DNA from: an uncultured Gammaproteobacteria bacterium
Lineage (GTDB): Bacteria > Patescibacteriota > Microgenomatia > CAZETR01 > Amesbacteraceae
NCBI GenBank assembly: GCA_964633995.1
Contig: CAZWKN010000001.1
Coordinates: forward strand, 56,218 to 120,217
Length of the DNA: 64,000 nucleotides
Reading direction: 5' to 3'
Below are positions 35,399-43,514 of this stretch, piece by piece (position 1 is the first letter of the stretch; the number at the start of each line of letters is the position of its first letter). A model generated the notes under the pieces. The model saw nothing but the letters and a program-made list of their open reading frames with translations, was not told the origin of the DNA and did not search any database. The position numbers and the translations under genes are program-made.

Positions 35399-36583
35399 AT
35401 GGCAAAAGTGGAAGAAGAGTTGGCTGAAATTACCTGCGGCGTTGGAGCTGAAAATATGGGTAGGTATCGGGACTTGAGGTGTTTGGGAAGTTCAGTGTTG
35501 GCTATCGCAAACCAGGTCGATGGAGGTAGTGGTTCGATGGGTAATTTCTTTGCCGAACAGGATGTTTTAAGTAGATTTGGAAGAAGTATTGGCAGGAGTG
35601 ATCCTTTGTCCAGGGCAGTATTGGTATCTATGGTTGCTGCCCAAAAGGGTAGGGTATTGGGTGGGAGTAGGGCTTGGCAATTGTTGACGAATTGGTTTGA
35701 CAGGTCGACGGCAGGATTTTTGTTGGAAGCAAAAGAAATGTTGGATGAAGTAAAACCCAGAATGAGTGGAGCGTTTACTCGCGTATCAGAAACTCAGTTG
35801 AGAGATACTAGTGAATCTTTATTACGATCACCAGTAAAAACAGAGCTTTTAGCTGTGTTGGGTCTGAACGGTTGTGGAAAATCGACAATGGTTGGGGCAT
35901 TAGTAGAATTTGGAATAAGATTGGGCATAGGGGTATCAACGGTAAAGTTTCCTCGGGATGGTGAAGTGGGTACGGTTATAAAGAAGCGATTATCTGGAGG
36001 GACGTCGCTAGACGGAGCAGCATTTCAGATGTTATTTTTGGCCGATTTATTTGATTATTTAGCTAATATTGATCTGAGTAGGCCTTTATGTGTGGCAGAT
36101 CGACTAGCGATGTATGATGGACAAGTATATAGTCCTGAAGTTACTCGCTTGTTGAGCTTGTACGCAATGGAAGCGTTGGATTTGCCGGTTACTGCGCTAG
36201 TTGTTGATAGACATCCGGGATTGTGTCACGAAAGAGTTTTGAAAAGGGAAAATAAACCGCGAGTGTTTGAACAAGGTGTGAAGCAAATGGCGCTGCAGCA
36301 AGTTGAGTTTTGGCGATTGTTGGGTTTGCCTGGGGTGCATTTGTTGAATGTGGATGTAGCTGATCCGTCTGCCGAAGGTCAGGTGGCTTGGGCAAAATAT
36401 AATGTTGTTAACTCTGCGGCAAGAGCAGGAGTTTGGCAGAGGGCGTTGATGCGATCCGGTATGGCAGGCAATTTGTCAACGGCTGATGGGATGGTGTTTG
36501 ACCAGGTGCACGGATATTTTATGGATATGATGTTTGGACCGGATGGAAATTATTTGTACGGAAGCGATGCGCAAGAGGTATAA
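35399..36583 (+). CDS. P-loop protein with a thymidylate-kinase-like core and a ~130-aa N-terminal extension
   Basis: LGLNGCGKST Walker A and a DRLAMYDGQVYS region resembling the Tmk DRY...AYQ motif. Confidence 0.4.
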   Translation: MAKVEEELAEITCGVGAENMGRYRDLRCLGSSVLAIANQVDGGSGSMGNFFAEQDVLSRFGRSIGRSDPLSRAVLVSMVAAQKGRVLGGSRAWQLLTNWFDRSTAGFLLEAKEMLDEVKPRMSGAFTRVSETQLRDTSESLLRSPVKTELLAVLGLNGCGKSTMVGALVEFGIRLGIGVSTVKFPRDGEVGTVIKKRLSGGTSLDGAAFQMLFLADLFDYLANIDLSRPLCVADRLAMYDGQVYSPEVTRLLSLYAMEALDLPVTALVVDRHPGLCHERVLKRENKPRVFEQGVKQMALQQVEFWRLLGLPGVHLLNVDVADPSAEGQVAWAKYNVVNSAARAGVWQRALMRSGMAGNLSTADGMVFDQVHGYFMDMMFGPDGNYLYGSDAQEV

Positions 36584-36590
36584 TTTTGCA

Positions 36591-37778
36591 ATGGACGACG
36601 TGGTGTTTGGGTTGATTGAAAAAGAACAGCGAAGACAGGGGGAGACGCTGGCTATGATTCCTTCTGAAAATTATGTTAGCAAACAAGTGCTCAGGGCTCA
36701 GGGTTCAGGGCTTGGTAACAAATACTCTGAAGGGTATCCCGGAAGACGGTATTATCAGGGTAATAAAATAATTGATGAAATCGAGAATTTAGCCATAGAA
36801 CGAGCTAAAAAGTTGTTCAATGTGGATTATGTAAATGTCCAACCCTATTCGGGTAGTCCGGCGAATTCGGCAGTGCTGATGGCTCTTTTGGAACCCGGAG
36901 ACAAAATAATGGGTTTGAAATTGTCAGGCGGCGGACACCTGACACATGGGCACCCTAAAGTAACTTTTTCAGGAAAATTTTTTAATTCGGTGCAGTATGA
37001 TGTAAATTCTGATGGGTGGATTGACTATGATGAGGTAGAAAAATTGGCGAAAGCAGAAAAACCCAAATTAATGATAATTGGAACGACTGCGTATCCTAGA
37101 ATATTTGATTTTAAGAGATTTAAGGAAATCGCGGATGGGGTGGGTGCAAAGGTTTTGGCTGATATTTCTCATATTGCGGGACTTGTGGTGGGTGGAGTGC
37201 ACCCTAGCCCGGTAGGGTTTGCCGATGTAATTACCACCACAACCCATAAGACTTTACGGGGGCCGAGGGGGGCGATGATTATGACAAATGACGTTGAACT
37301 GGCGAAAAAAATTGACAAAGCAGTGTTTCCCGGACTGCAGGGTGGACCACACAATAATACGACGGCGGCGATTGCTGTTTGCTTGGGTGAAGCCGCAACG
37401 CCAGAATTTACATACTATGCAAAGCAGGTGGTAAATAATGCGAAGGCTTTGAGTGAAGAACTCGTGAAACTTGGGTTTAAATTGACTACGGGTGGGACGG
37501 ATAATCATTTGATGGTTATCAATTTGGGTGGTGGAGGTAAGGATGCGGCTGAGGATTTGGAAAGGTCGGGAATAATTGTAAATTATAATACCGTGCCGCA
37601 TGATCCCAACCCCCCCGCTAATCCATCGGGAATCCGACTAGGAACTCCGGCTTTGACTACCAGGGGGATGAAGGAAGGCGAGATGAGAGACATCGCCCAG
37701 ATGATATTTGAGGTGATTAAAAACAAGAAACAGGTTAGTGTGTTGGAGTTGTGCAGAAAATTTCCATATGATTTTTGA
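36591..37778 (+). CDS. glyA: Serine hydroxymethyltransferase
   Basis: The PLP-site TTTTHKTLRGPRG and the N-terminal SENYVS...AQGS...NKYSEGYPG region. The start was moved to the ATG at 36591 by homology with E. coli GlyA. Confidence 0.9.
   Translation: MDDVVFGLIEKEQRRQGETLAMIPSENYVSKQVLRAQGSGLGNKYSEGYPGRRYYQGNKIIDEIENLAIERAKKLFNVDYVNVQPYSGSPANSAVLMALLEPGDKIMGLKLSGGGHLTHGHPKVTFSGKFFNSVQYDVNSDGWIDYDEVEKLAKAEKPKLMIIGTTAYPRIFDFKRFKEIADGVGAKVLADISHIAGLVVGGVHPSPVGFADVITTTTHKTLRGPRGAMIMTNDVELAKKIDKAVFPGLQGGPHNNTTAAIAVCLGEAATPEFTYYAKQVVNNAKALSEELVKLGFKLTTGGTDNHLMVINLGGGGKDAAEDLERSGIIVNYNTVPHDPNPPANPSGIRLGTPALTTRGMKEGEMRDIAQMIFEVIKNKKQVSVLELCRKFPYDF
36686..36713 (+). repeat. Heptamer array: AGTGCTC AGGGCTC AGGGTTC AGGGCTT. 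It lies inside glyA and encodes the conserved VLRAQGSGL.
   Basis: Read directly from the sequence. Confidence 0.6.
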
Positions 37779-38526
37779 CGGAGTAAAGTTCGCCAGACAA
37801 ATTGAGGAGGAGTTGCCTAGAAAGAAGAAAAAATTGGTGGTATTTGTAGATCCTGAAAACATGGCCGGGATGAAATATGTGGAGATGAAATGGAAGATGG
37901 CGGAACGACTTGGGGTAGAATTTGAGATAAAAAATCTAAATTCTAAAGTCGAAACTTCAAATAATATTAAGATTCTAATTTCAAAATTAAACGCGGATCC
38001 GGTTGTGGATGGGATAATGGTACAGTTGCCGTTTCCGAATTCTGATGAGTTGATAATGTTGATTGATCCTAAAAAAGATGTGGATGGGTTGAGGGAAGAT
38101 TCACCATTTGTGCCAGCAACTGTGAGGGCTGTGGTCGAAATTTTGAATTACTCTTTTAGTACCTCACCCTTACATCCCTCTCCTGAATTCAGGAGAGGGA
38201 ATGAGGGAGAGATTGTAATTGTGGGCAATAAAGGCTCGGTTGGTAGCGGGCTAATGAAATGGATTCCTGGTGCAATTGGAATGGATAAGGAAGACTTTGA
38301 CCCTTCGGCATTGCTCAGGGCAAGTGTGATCATTTCGGCTACTGGACAGCCGGGGTTGATAACGAAAGAGATGGTTAAAGATGGTTTTGTGGCAATTGAT
38401 GTAGGGTACCCAAAACCTGAATTTACACAAGAAGCGTTGGCAAAGGCTAGTTTTTTTACTCCAGTGCCAGGTGGAGTAGGCCCGGTAACGGTGGCGATGT
38501 TATTTAAAAATTTGTTAGAGGTTTAG
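37768..38526 (+). CDS. folD: Bifunctional methylenetetrahydrofolate dehydrogenase/cyclohydrolase carrying an in-frame palindromic-element insertion
   Basis: GIMVQLPFP and the VIVGNKGSVGSG Rossmann motif. A ~16-aa insert STSPLHPSPEFRRGNEG lies between them. Confidence 0.85.
   Translation: MIFDGVKFARQIEEELPRKKKKLVVFVDPENMAGMKYVEMKWKMAERLGVEFEIKNLNSKVETSNNIKILISKLNADPVVDGIMVQLPFPNSDELIMLIDPKKDVDGLREDSPFVPATVRAVVEILNYSFSTSPLHPSPEFRRGNEGEIVIVGNKGSVGSGLMKWIPGAIGMDKEDFDPSALLRASVIISATGQPGLITKEMVKDGFVAIDVGYPKPEFTQEALAKASFFTPVPGGVGPVTVAMLFKNLLEV
38163..38211. repeat. 49-bp palindromic (REP/MITE-like) element, copy 1, inside folD
   Basis: CTCACCCTTACATCCCTCTCCTG-AATT-CAGGAGAGGGAATGAGGGAGAG, a near-perfect inverted repeat centred on GAATTC. 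A second copy is at 51993-52032. Confidence 0.7.
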
Positions 38527-38533
38527 AAATAAT

Positions 38534-39946
38534 ATGAGTGACGCGATGGAGACTGTGATGGAACAACGTTCGCAAGAACGAAGAGTGGATACCTTGAGGC
38601 CGGGGTCGTTGAATTTTTGGCGCGGAAAGGTGGGTGAAAAAACGCGGGGATTTATGGAGCGAATGGAAGTGGCAGGTGAGGTGTTTGATACCTGCGTGAA
38701 AGAGTTGGTGGATATGACCATGAATCTGGAGGAGAAGAGCCTGCGTGATTGGATGACAGGAAGTTTGCAGCGGGGGCCATTTTTAAAAGAAGTGGGGATA
38801 ATGGCCCAACTTTCAACTGGTCATCCTGAAGAAAAGGGGTGTTTGGCGGTGATGGACTTGGATAATTTTGGAAAATTGGTGGCCAAGAGAGCACCTGATG
38901 GTAAGTTGACAAAGACAGATATTGATAAGCAGGCTGATGACACATTAAGAGAATTAGTGAAACTAATTAATGGATTACAAAAAAGAAAATTGGAAGCACC
39001 GGGTGGAGAAGCGTGGAAGAACGTCAAATTGGGAAGATTGGGTGGCGAGGAGTTTGGAATACTTATTGGAAATGCCAGTAAGGCTCAAGTCGGTGAGATG
39101 TTGGAAGAGATTAGAAAAGAGATTGAGTCGGAATTGGCAAAAAAATCGAATGTCCCGGGCGTAGACAAGTTGACTGCTAGTTTTGGGGTGGTAATGCTAG
39201 ATGAAAATGTGGAGGTTTCTGATGCGATGAGACAAGCGGATACAGCCTTGTATTTGGCAAAAGAACAAGGAAAAAACAGAGTGGTTTTTGTTGGCGAAAT
39301 CGGGCAAGAAAAAGTTGTGTCGTCAAACCGGACGGTTGAAAGAAAACAAGTGGTTTTGGAAACGTCTAAGAGGCGAAAACAAATGTTGGCGGATGAGATT
39401 GAAAAAGGTTTGCGCAGTCGGCCATTTGAGTACGCGGAGACATTGGTGAATAGGTTGGCGCAATTGGAACAAAATTCATTTTTAGATAGTTTGACCGGAG
39501 TTTTGCATCGGGGGGCGGGTGACCAAGTGATTATGGACATGATCCGGCATGCGTCTACTATAAATGGGGATGAGGTGCGAGTGGTGGTGATGGATATCAA
39601 TAATTTTAAGGGAATTAATACGGAGAAGGGACATGATGGTGGGGATAAGGTGCTTAAGGAAACAGCAGATGTTTTGCGGGAAGTGGCGGTTTTGGTGGCT
39701 GGTGAGGGTGCGGTGGTTATCCGGTGGGCTCCTGGGGGGACATTTGTAATTGTGGGAGCTCATGGAAAAATGGCGGAAGCCGAGGTAGTTGACCGGATAA
39801 AATCGCTTGTAAAGCAAAAAGTGGGAGTAGGGTCTGATGTAGTGATGGCTAATGTGTCAGGTTTACTTACCTCATCTGATGTGGCTAACGCTGTTGGAAA
39901 TGCTTTGGGTGAAGAGAAGAGAAAAAGGAAGGCAAAAGTTGAGTAA
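38534..39946 (+). CDS. Tandem GGDEF-domain protein (the first domain has GGEEF; the second is degenerate)
   Basis: RLGGEEFGIL in domain 1. Domain 2 has DINNFKGIN...GHDGGDKVL but no intact GG(D/E)EF motif. Confidence 0.7.
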   Translation: MSDAMETVMEQRSQERRVDTLRPGSLNFWRGKVGEKTRGFMERMEVAGEVFDTCVKELVDMTMNLEEKSLRDWMTGSLQRGPFLKEVGIMAQLSTGHPEEKGCLAVMDLDNFGKLVAKRAPDGKLTKTDIDKQADDTLRELVKLINGLQKRKLEAPGGEAWKNVKLGRLGGEEFGILIGNASKAQVGEMLEEIRKEIESELAKKSNVPGVDKLTASFGVVMLDENVEVSDAMRQADTALYLAKEQGKNRVVFVGEIGQEKVVSSNRTVERKQVVLETSKRRKQMLADEIEKGLRSRPFEYAETLVNRLAQLEQNSFLDSLTGVLHRGAGDQVIMDMIRHASTINGDEVRVVVMDINNFKGINTEKGHDGGDKVLKETADVLREVAVLVAGEGAVVIRWAPGGTFVIVGAHGKMAEAEVVDRIKSLVKQKVGVGSDVVMANVSGLLTSSDVANAVGNALGEEKRKRKAKVE

Positions 39947-39957
39947 TGGTGTAAAAT

Positions 39958-41271
39958 TTGAACATGGATGTTGACGTTGAAGGAGCTGGCAAACTGGTAA
40001 AAGTTGACCCTAAGGTTGGGGGGCTGGAATTGGGCAAAAAATTGGATACGCTGCTAGGAGAAGGGTTTAATTTTGAAAGCCAGGCTTTGGAAGCTCAAAA
40101 AAAGCTTGATGGAACAGATATGGGTCAGACCGAAGCAGTTAAGTTTTTAAAAGATTCGGCGTTGTGGAGATGTAGGCAGGAGTTGATTGATTTTGATCCA
40201 GATGCGAATGAGGAGATTATCTTGAAGGTTGACAAAAAACTTAAGGAAGATAGAGATTTACAGAATGAAGTATTAGGGGTGTTGAGGAGTTTTAAAAAGA
40301 GAAGAATGAAGCACTTGGCAGTAAGTGATGTGACCATTGCTAAGGCTGTCGAAAGAAACGATCCCAAACAGCCCCGGGGACACATTGAAGCTGTGGTTGC
40401 TGAGCTTGATGGTATTCCTGAAGGAGCTGGTTTGTTGGGTTGGGCCGTAGAAACTCACGATGATGCAAAATATGCAGTGGCAGATGGGAAGGAAGTGTTT
40501 TTACTGGGTTTACATGAGACAGCAAGTGGGGTATTGGCTTATTCGGAGATCAAAGCAATATTGGAGGATTCTGAAGTCCGGCAGAGATTGGATATAAAAA
40601 ATGATCAGGAAGCTGATGCGGTGGCTAAGTTTATTGGCAGAGCAGTTTTGGGACATGGATATGAGGAGTTTCCAAAAAAAATGTCCAGACCGATAGCTGG
40701 AGAAGACGAGGTGAGGTTATTGTTTGGGCGAGAGTTGTACGTGGAGAATTATAAGCCACCCCAAAACGGAACATTGAGAGAAATATATGAGGGGGTGGGG
40801 GAGGCGGACATGATGGCAGGCGTAAGACTGGACTCTTTGGTTAAATATCATTACGAAGCCCTGATGACAGGTAATTATTTTGGGAATAATACGTCGGCCG
40901 ATTATTTACTTAGTTTTGCCCCGACGGTGGTCGATTATCAGATGGATATGCCGAAGAATTTAGGATTGCTTGAAAAAAATAAACCAGCAGTATGCAGGTC
41001 AGTTTTGATAATGATGTTGGCTGAAAAAATGAAGGGTTCAGATGAATGGGATGGAGTGGTATCCTCACTTTTGTCCAGCGGCGTGGATACGAATAGCATT
41101 TTGGGTAAATTTCAAGAAATGGGAGAGGTGTTTGGTGCGGACAAAAACAAGCATTTTGAATTGTTTGTAGGTGTGATAAGCGATCTAAATCAGGTCTCTG
41201 ATGAGGTTATTACACAATGTGTCGACCCAAACATTGTCAAGATGGCTCAAAAACGATTGGGTGTGGCGTAA
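39958..41271 (+). CDS. Hypothetical protein
   Basis: 437-aa ORF immediately downstream of the GGDEF gene. Confidence 0.45.
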   Translation: MNMDVDVEGAGKLVKVDPKVGGLELGKKLDTLLGEGFNFESQALEAQKKLDGTDMGQTEAVKFLKDSALWRCRQELIDFDPDANEEIILKVDKKLKEDRDLQNEVLGVLRSFKKRRMKHLAVSDVTIAKAVERNDPKQPRGHIEAVVAELDGIPEGAGLLGWAVETHDDAKYAVADGKEVFLLGLHETASGVLAYSEIKAILEDSEVRQRLDIKNDQEADAVAKFIGRAVLGHGYEEFPKKMSRPIAGEDEVRLLFGRELYVENYKPPQNGTLREIYEGVGEADMMAGVRLDSLVKYHYEALMTGNYFGNNTSADYLLSFAPTVVDYQMDMPKNLGLLEKNKPAVCRSVLIMMLAEKMKGSDEWDGVVSSLLSSGVDTNSILGKFQEMGEVFGADKNKHFELFVGVISDLNQVSDEVITQCVDPNIVKMAQKRLGVA

Positions 41272-41282
41272 AAAAAAATTTG

Positions 41283-41311
41283 TTGACAGAAAATGGGGTT
41301 ATATATATACT
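41283..41311 (+). promoter_or_regulatory. Candidate sigma70-like promoter (TTGACA-17-TATACT)
   Basis: Consensus -35 and a good -10 with a 17-nt spacer. It lies ahead of a 34-codon ORF (41318..41422) and of rpsB. Confidence 0.3.
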
Positions 41312-41432
41312 GCGACTATGTTTGATGGCGGGTTACCAGGTGAGTCTGATGCCGATTTCTCAAGCGGGTTGCGAAAAAAGAGGATTGAGAAGATAGTTGA
41401 GAAGAGGAAACCCCAGAAATAGAATTAAATTG

Positions 41433-41461
41433 TTGCAATAGAGCGGGAAGCGGGTTAGAAT
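41433..41461 (+). promoter_or_regulatory. Candidate sigma70-like promoter for the rpsB-tsf-frr operon (TTGCAA-17-TAGAAT)
   Basis: 17-nt spacer; ~78 nt upstream of the rpsB ATG, which has a GGAGGAGG Shine-Dalgarno sequence. Confidence 0.45.
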
Positions 41462-41539
41462 ACAGTCTGTTTAATTCACACTTCGCCGGGGGTTCTCCTG
41501 AATTTAATCTGGCGGAGGAGGTATAAGGAGAACAATCAA

Positions 41540-42244
41540 ATGCAAGAAATAACACTAAAAGATTTGTTGGAGGCCGGATGTCATTTTGGACATCAGTCGA
41601 GACGGTGGAATCCTAAAATGGCTCCGTATATCTACGGAGAGAAGGACAAGGTTCATATTTTTGATTTGGCGAAGACTAAGGCGGGCTTGGATGAGGCGTG
41701 CGAGGTTTTGAAAAAGATTGTGGCCGAGGGTGGGAAGGTATTGTTTGTAGGAACCAAGAGGCAGGCTGCGGACTTTGTAAAATCTGAGGCTATTAGAGCT
41801 GGTATGCCGTATGTTACTCAGACTTGGATGGGGGGCATGATGACAAATTTTGGCCAGTTGACCAAGAGTGTGAACAAAATGAAGGATTTGAAGGCAAAAC
41901 GCGCAGCCGGGGAGCTCAAGAAATATACCAAGCACGAGCAACTACTTATTGATCGAGAGATTGCAAAGCTCGAGAAATTTTTGGGGGGAGTCTCGGATAT
42001 GGACTCACTTCCCCAGGCAATGTTTGTAGTCGATACACATAAAGAAGATGTGGCCGTCAAAGAGGCTGTCAGAGCAGGCATTCCGGTTATAGGGATGGTG
42101 GATACAAATGGAGATCCCACGGTGGTGGATTACGTGATTCCTGTTAATGATGATGCGGTAAAGTCGATAGAGCTAATAGTAAAAGCGGTAGCAGACACTA
42201 TATTAAGTACTAAGGGGAGAAAGGCCAAAAAAGATGAAAGTTAA
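41540..42244 (+). CDS. rpsB: 30S ribosomal protein S2
   Basis: LLEAGCHFGHQSRRWNPKM N-terminus and S2 family motifs. Confidence 0.95.
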   Translation: MQEITLKDLLEAGCHFGHQSRRWNPKMAPYIYGEKDKVHIFDLAKTKAGLDEACEVLKKIVAEGGKVLFVGTKRQAADFVKSEAIRAGMPYVTQTWMGGMMTNFGQLTKSVNKMKDLKAKRAAGELKKYTKHEQLLIDREIAKLEKFLGGVSDMDSLPQAMFVVDTHKEDVAVKEAVRAGIPVIGMVDTNGDPTVVDYVIPVNDDAVKSIELIVKAVADTILSTKGRKAKKDES

Positions 42245-42686
42245 TATTGAGGATATCAAGAAACTGAGAGAGCAAACGGGGGCTGGTGTGTCAGATTGCA
42301 GAGCAGCTTTGGAGGAGGCAAAAGGGAAATTTGATGAGGCGATTGAGATAATTAAGAAATTAAGTCTTGACCGGGCAGCCAAAAAGACAGAGAGGGAAGT
42401 TAAGGCGGGATATGTCTTTTCGTATATTCATCACACTGGTCGGGTGGGGGCCGTTTTGGGACTGGCTTGTGAAACAGATTTTGTGGCTAAGACGGATGAT
42501 TTTATGCATTTGGGTAAGGAGTTGGTTATGCAAATTGCCGCTTCAAATCCAGCGAACGTAGAGGAATTTTTGGATAGTGAGTATATGCGGGATGGTTCCA
42601 AAAAAGTGTCAGAAGTAATTAAATCGGTCATTGGGAAGCTTGGGGAAAACATTCAGATATTGGACTACAAGGTTGTGGTAATATAA
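42234..42686 (+). CDS. tsf: Elongation factor Ts (short form)
   Basis: N-terminal UBA-like LREQTGAGVSDCRAAL; follows rpsB. Confidence 0.85.
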   Translation: MKVNIEDIKKLREQTGAGVSDCRAALEEAKGKFDEAIEIIKKLSLDRAAKKTEREVKAGYVFSYIHHTGRVGAVLGLACETDFVAKTDDFMHLGKELVMQIAASNPANVEEFLDSEYMRDGSKKVSEVIKSVIGKLGENIQILDYKVVVI

Positions 42687-42694
42687 TAAGTGAG

Positions 42695-43249
42695 ATGGAT
42701 TTGGCGGAAGTAAAATCGAAGATGCAGAGGGTGATTGAGTTTGTGAAGTCTGATGTGATGACGATTAGGACAGGGCGGGCAAACCCGGCTTTGGTGGAAA
42801 ATGTGGTAATAGGCGCATATGGCGGCACTGCAAAGATGAAGGTGTTGGAATTGGCCACGATTACTGTTCCTGAAGCGCAAACTTTGGTGATTACACCTTA
42901 TGACACCTCGATAATCGGAGATATTCGAAGGGATTTGGAAGCTGCGAATTTGGGTATACTGCCAGTGATAGACAATAGTGTAATCAGGATGACGTTTCCT
43001 CCGTTAACTACTGAGCGAAGACAGGAGTTTGTGAAGATGCTTCATGTCAAGCTTGAGGATGGTCGGGTGAAGGTGAGGCAAGTTAGGCATGAAATGATGG
43101 GGGAGTTAAAGCGGGATTTTGAGGCTAAATTGTTGATAGAGGACGAACGAAAAAGGGTCGAGGAAGAGCTGCAGAAATTGACGGATAAGATGATGGAAGA
43201 GATTGAGGTGATCGGTAAGGCCAAAGAGGCAGATTTGACCAAAATATAA
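42695..43249 (+). CDS. frr: Ribosome recycling factor
   Basis: 184 aa; RRF pattern (RTGRANP, LTTERR). Confidence 0.9.
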   Translation: MDLAEVKSKMQRVIEFVKSDVMTIRTGRANPALVENVVIGAYGGTAKMKVLELATITVPEAQTLVITPYDTSIIGDIRRDLEAANLGILPVIDNSVIRMTFPPLTTERRQEFVKMLHVKLEDGRVKVRQVRHEMMGELKRDFEAKLLIEDERKRVEEELQKLTDKMMEEIEVIGKAKEADLTKI

Positions 43250-43269
43250 GCCTGTAGTAAAATGGAGTT

Positions 43270-43494
43270 GTGAGCTCGATTGATTCACTACATCGCTTTG
43301 AAATGAAACGAAATTTTGGGCCTATGGTCGCTCTTGCCGTGCTATCTCTTCCTTTGGTCGCGCTACTGTGCAATTACACTACACAAATTATTGTTGCATC
43401 GAGCTTTTTTGATAAACAAACAAATTGTGAAGTTGCTGCACGGGCTGCAGGACTTGTGGTGAGTATGGTTTGTGGTGGTAGTGTTACGCCGTAA
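43270..43494 (+). CDS. Small hypothetical membrane/secreted protein
   Basis: 74-aa hydrophobic ORF. Confidence 0.3.
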   Translation: MSSIDSLHRFEMKRNFGPMVALAVLSLPLVALLCNYTTQIIVASSFFDKQTNCEVAARAAGLVVSMVCGGSVTP

Positions 43495-43514
43495 TTTTTG
43501 GTAGACTGGGGGAC

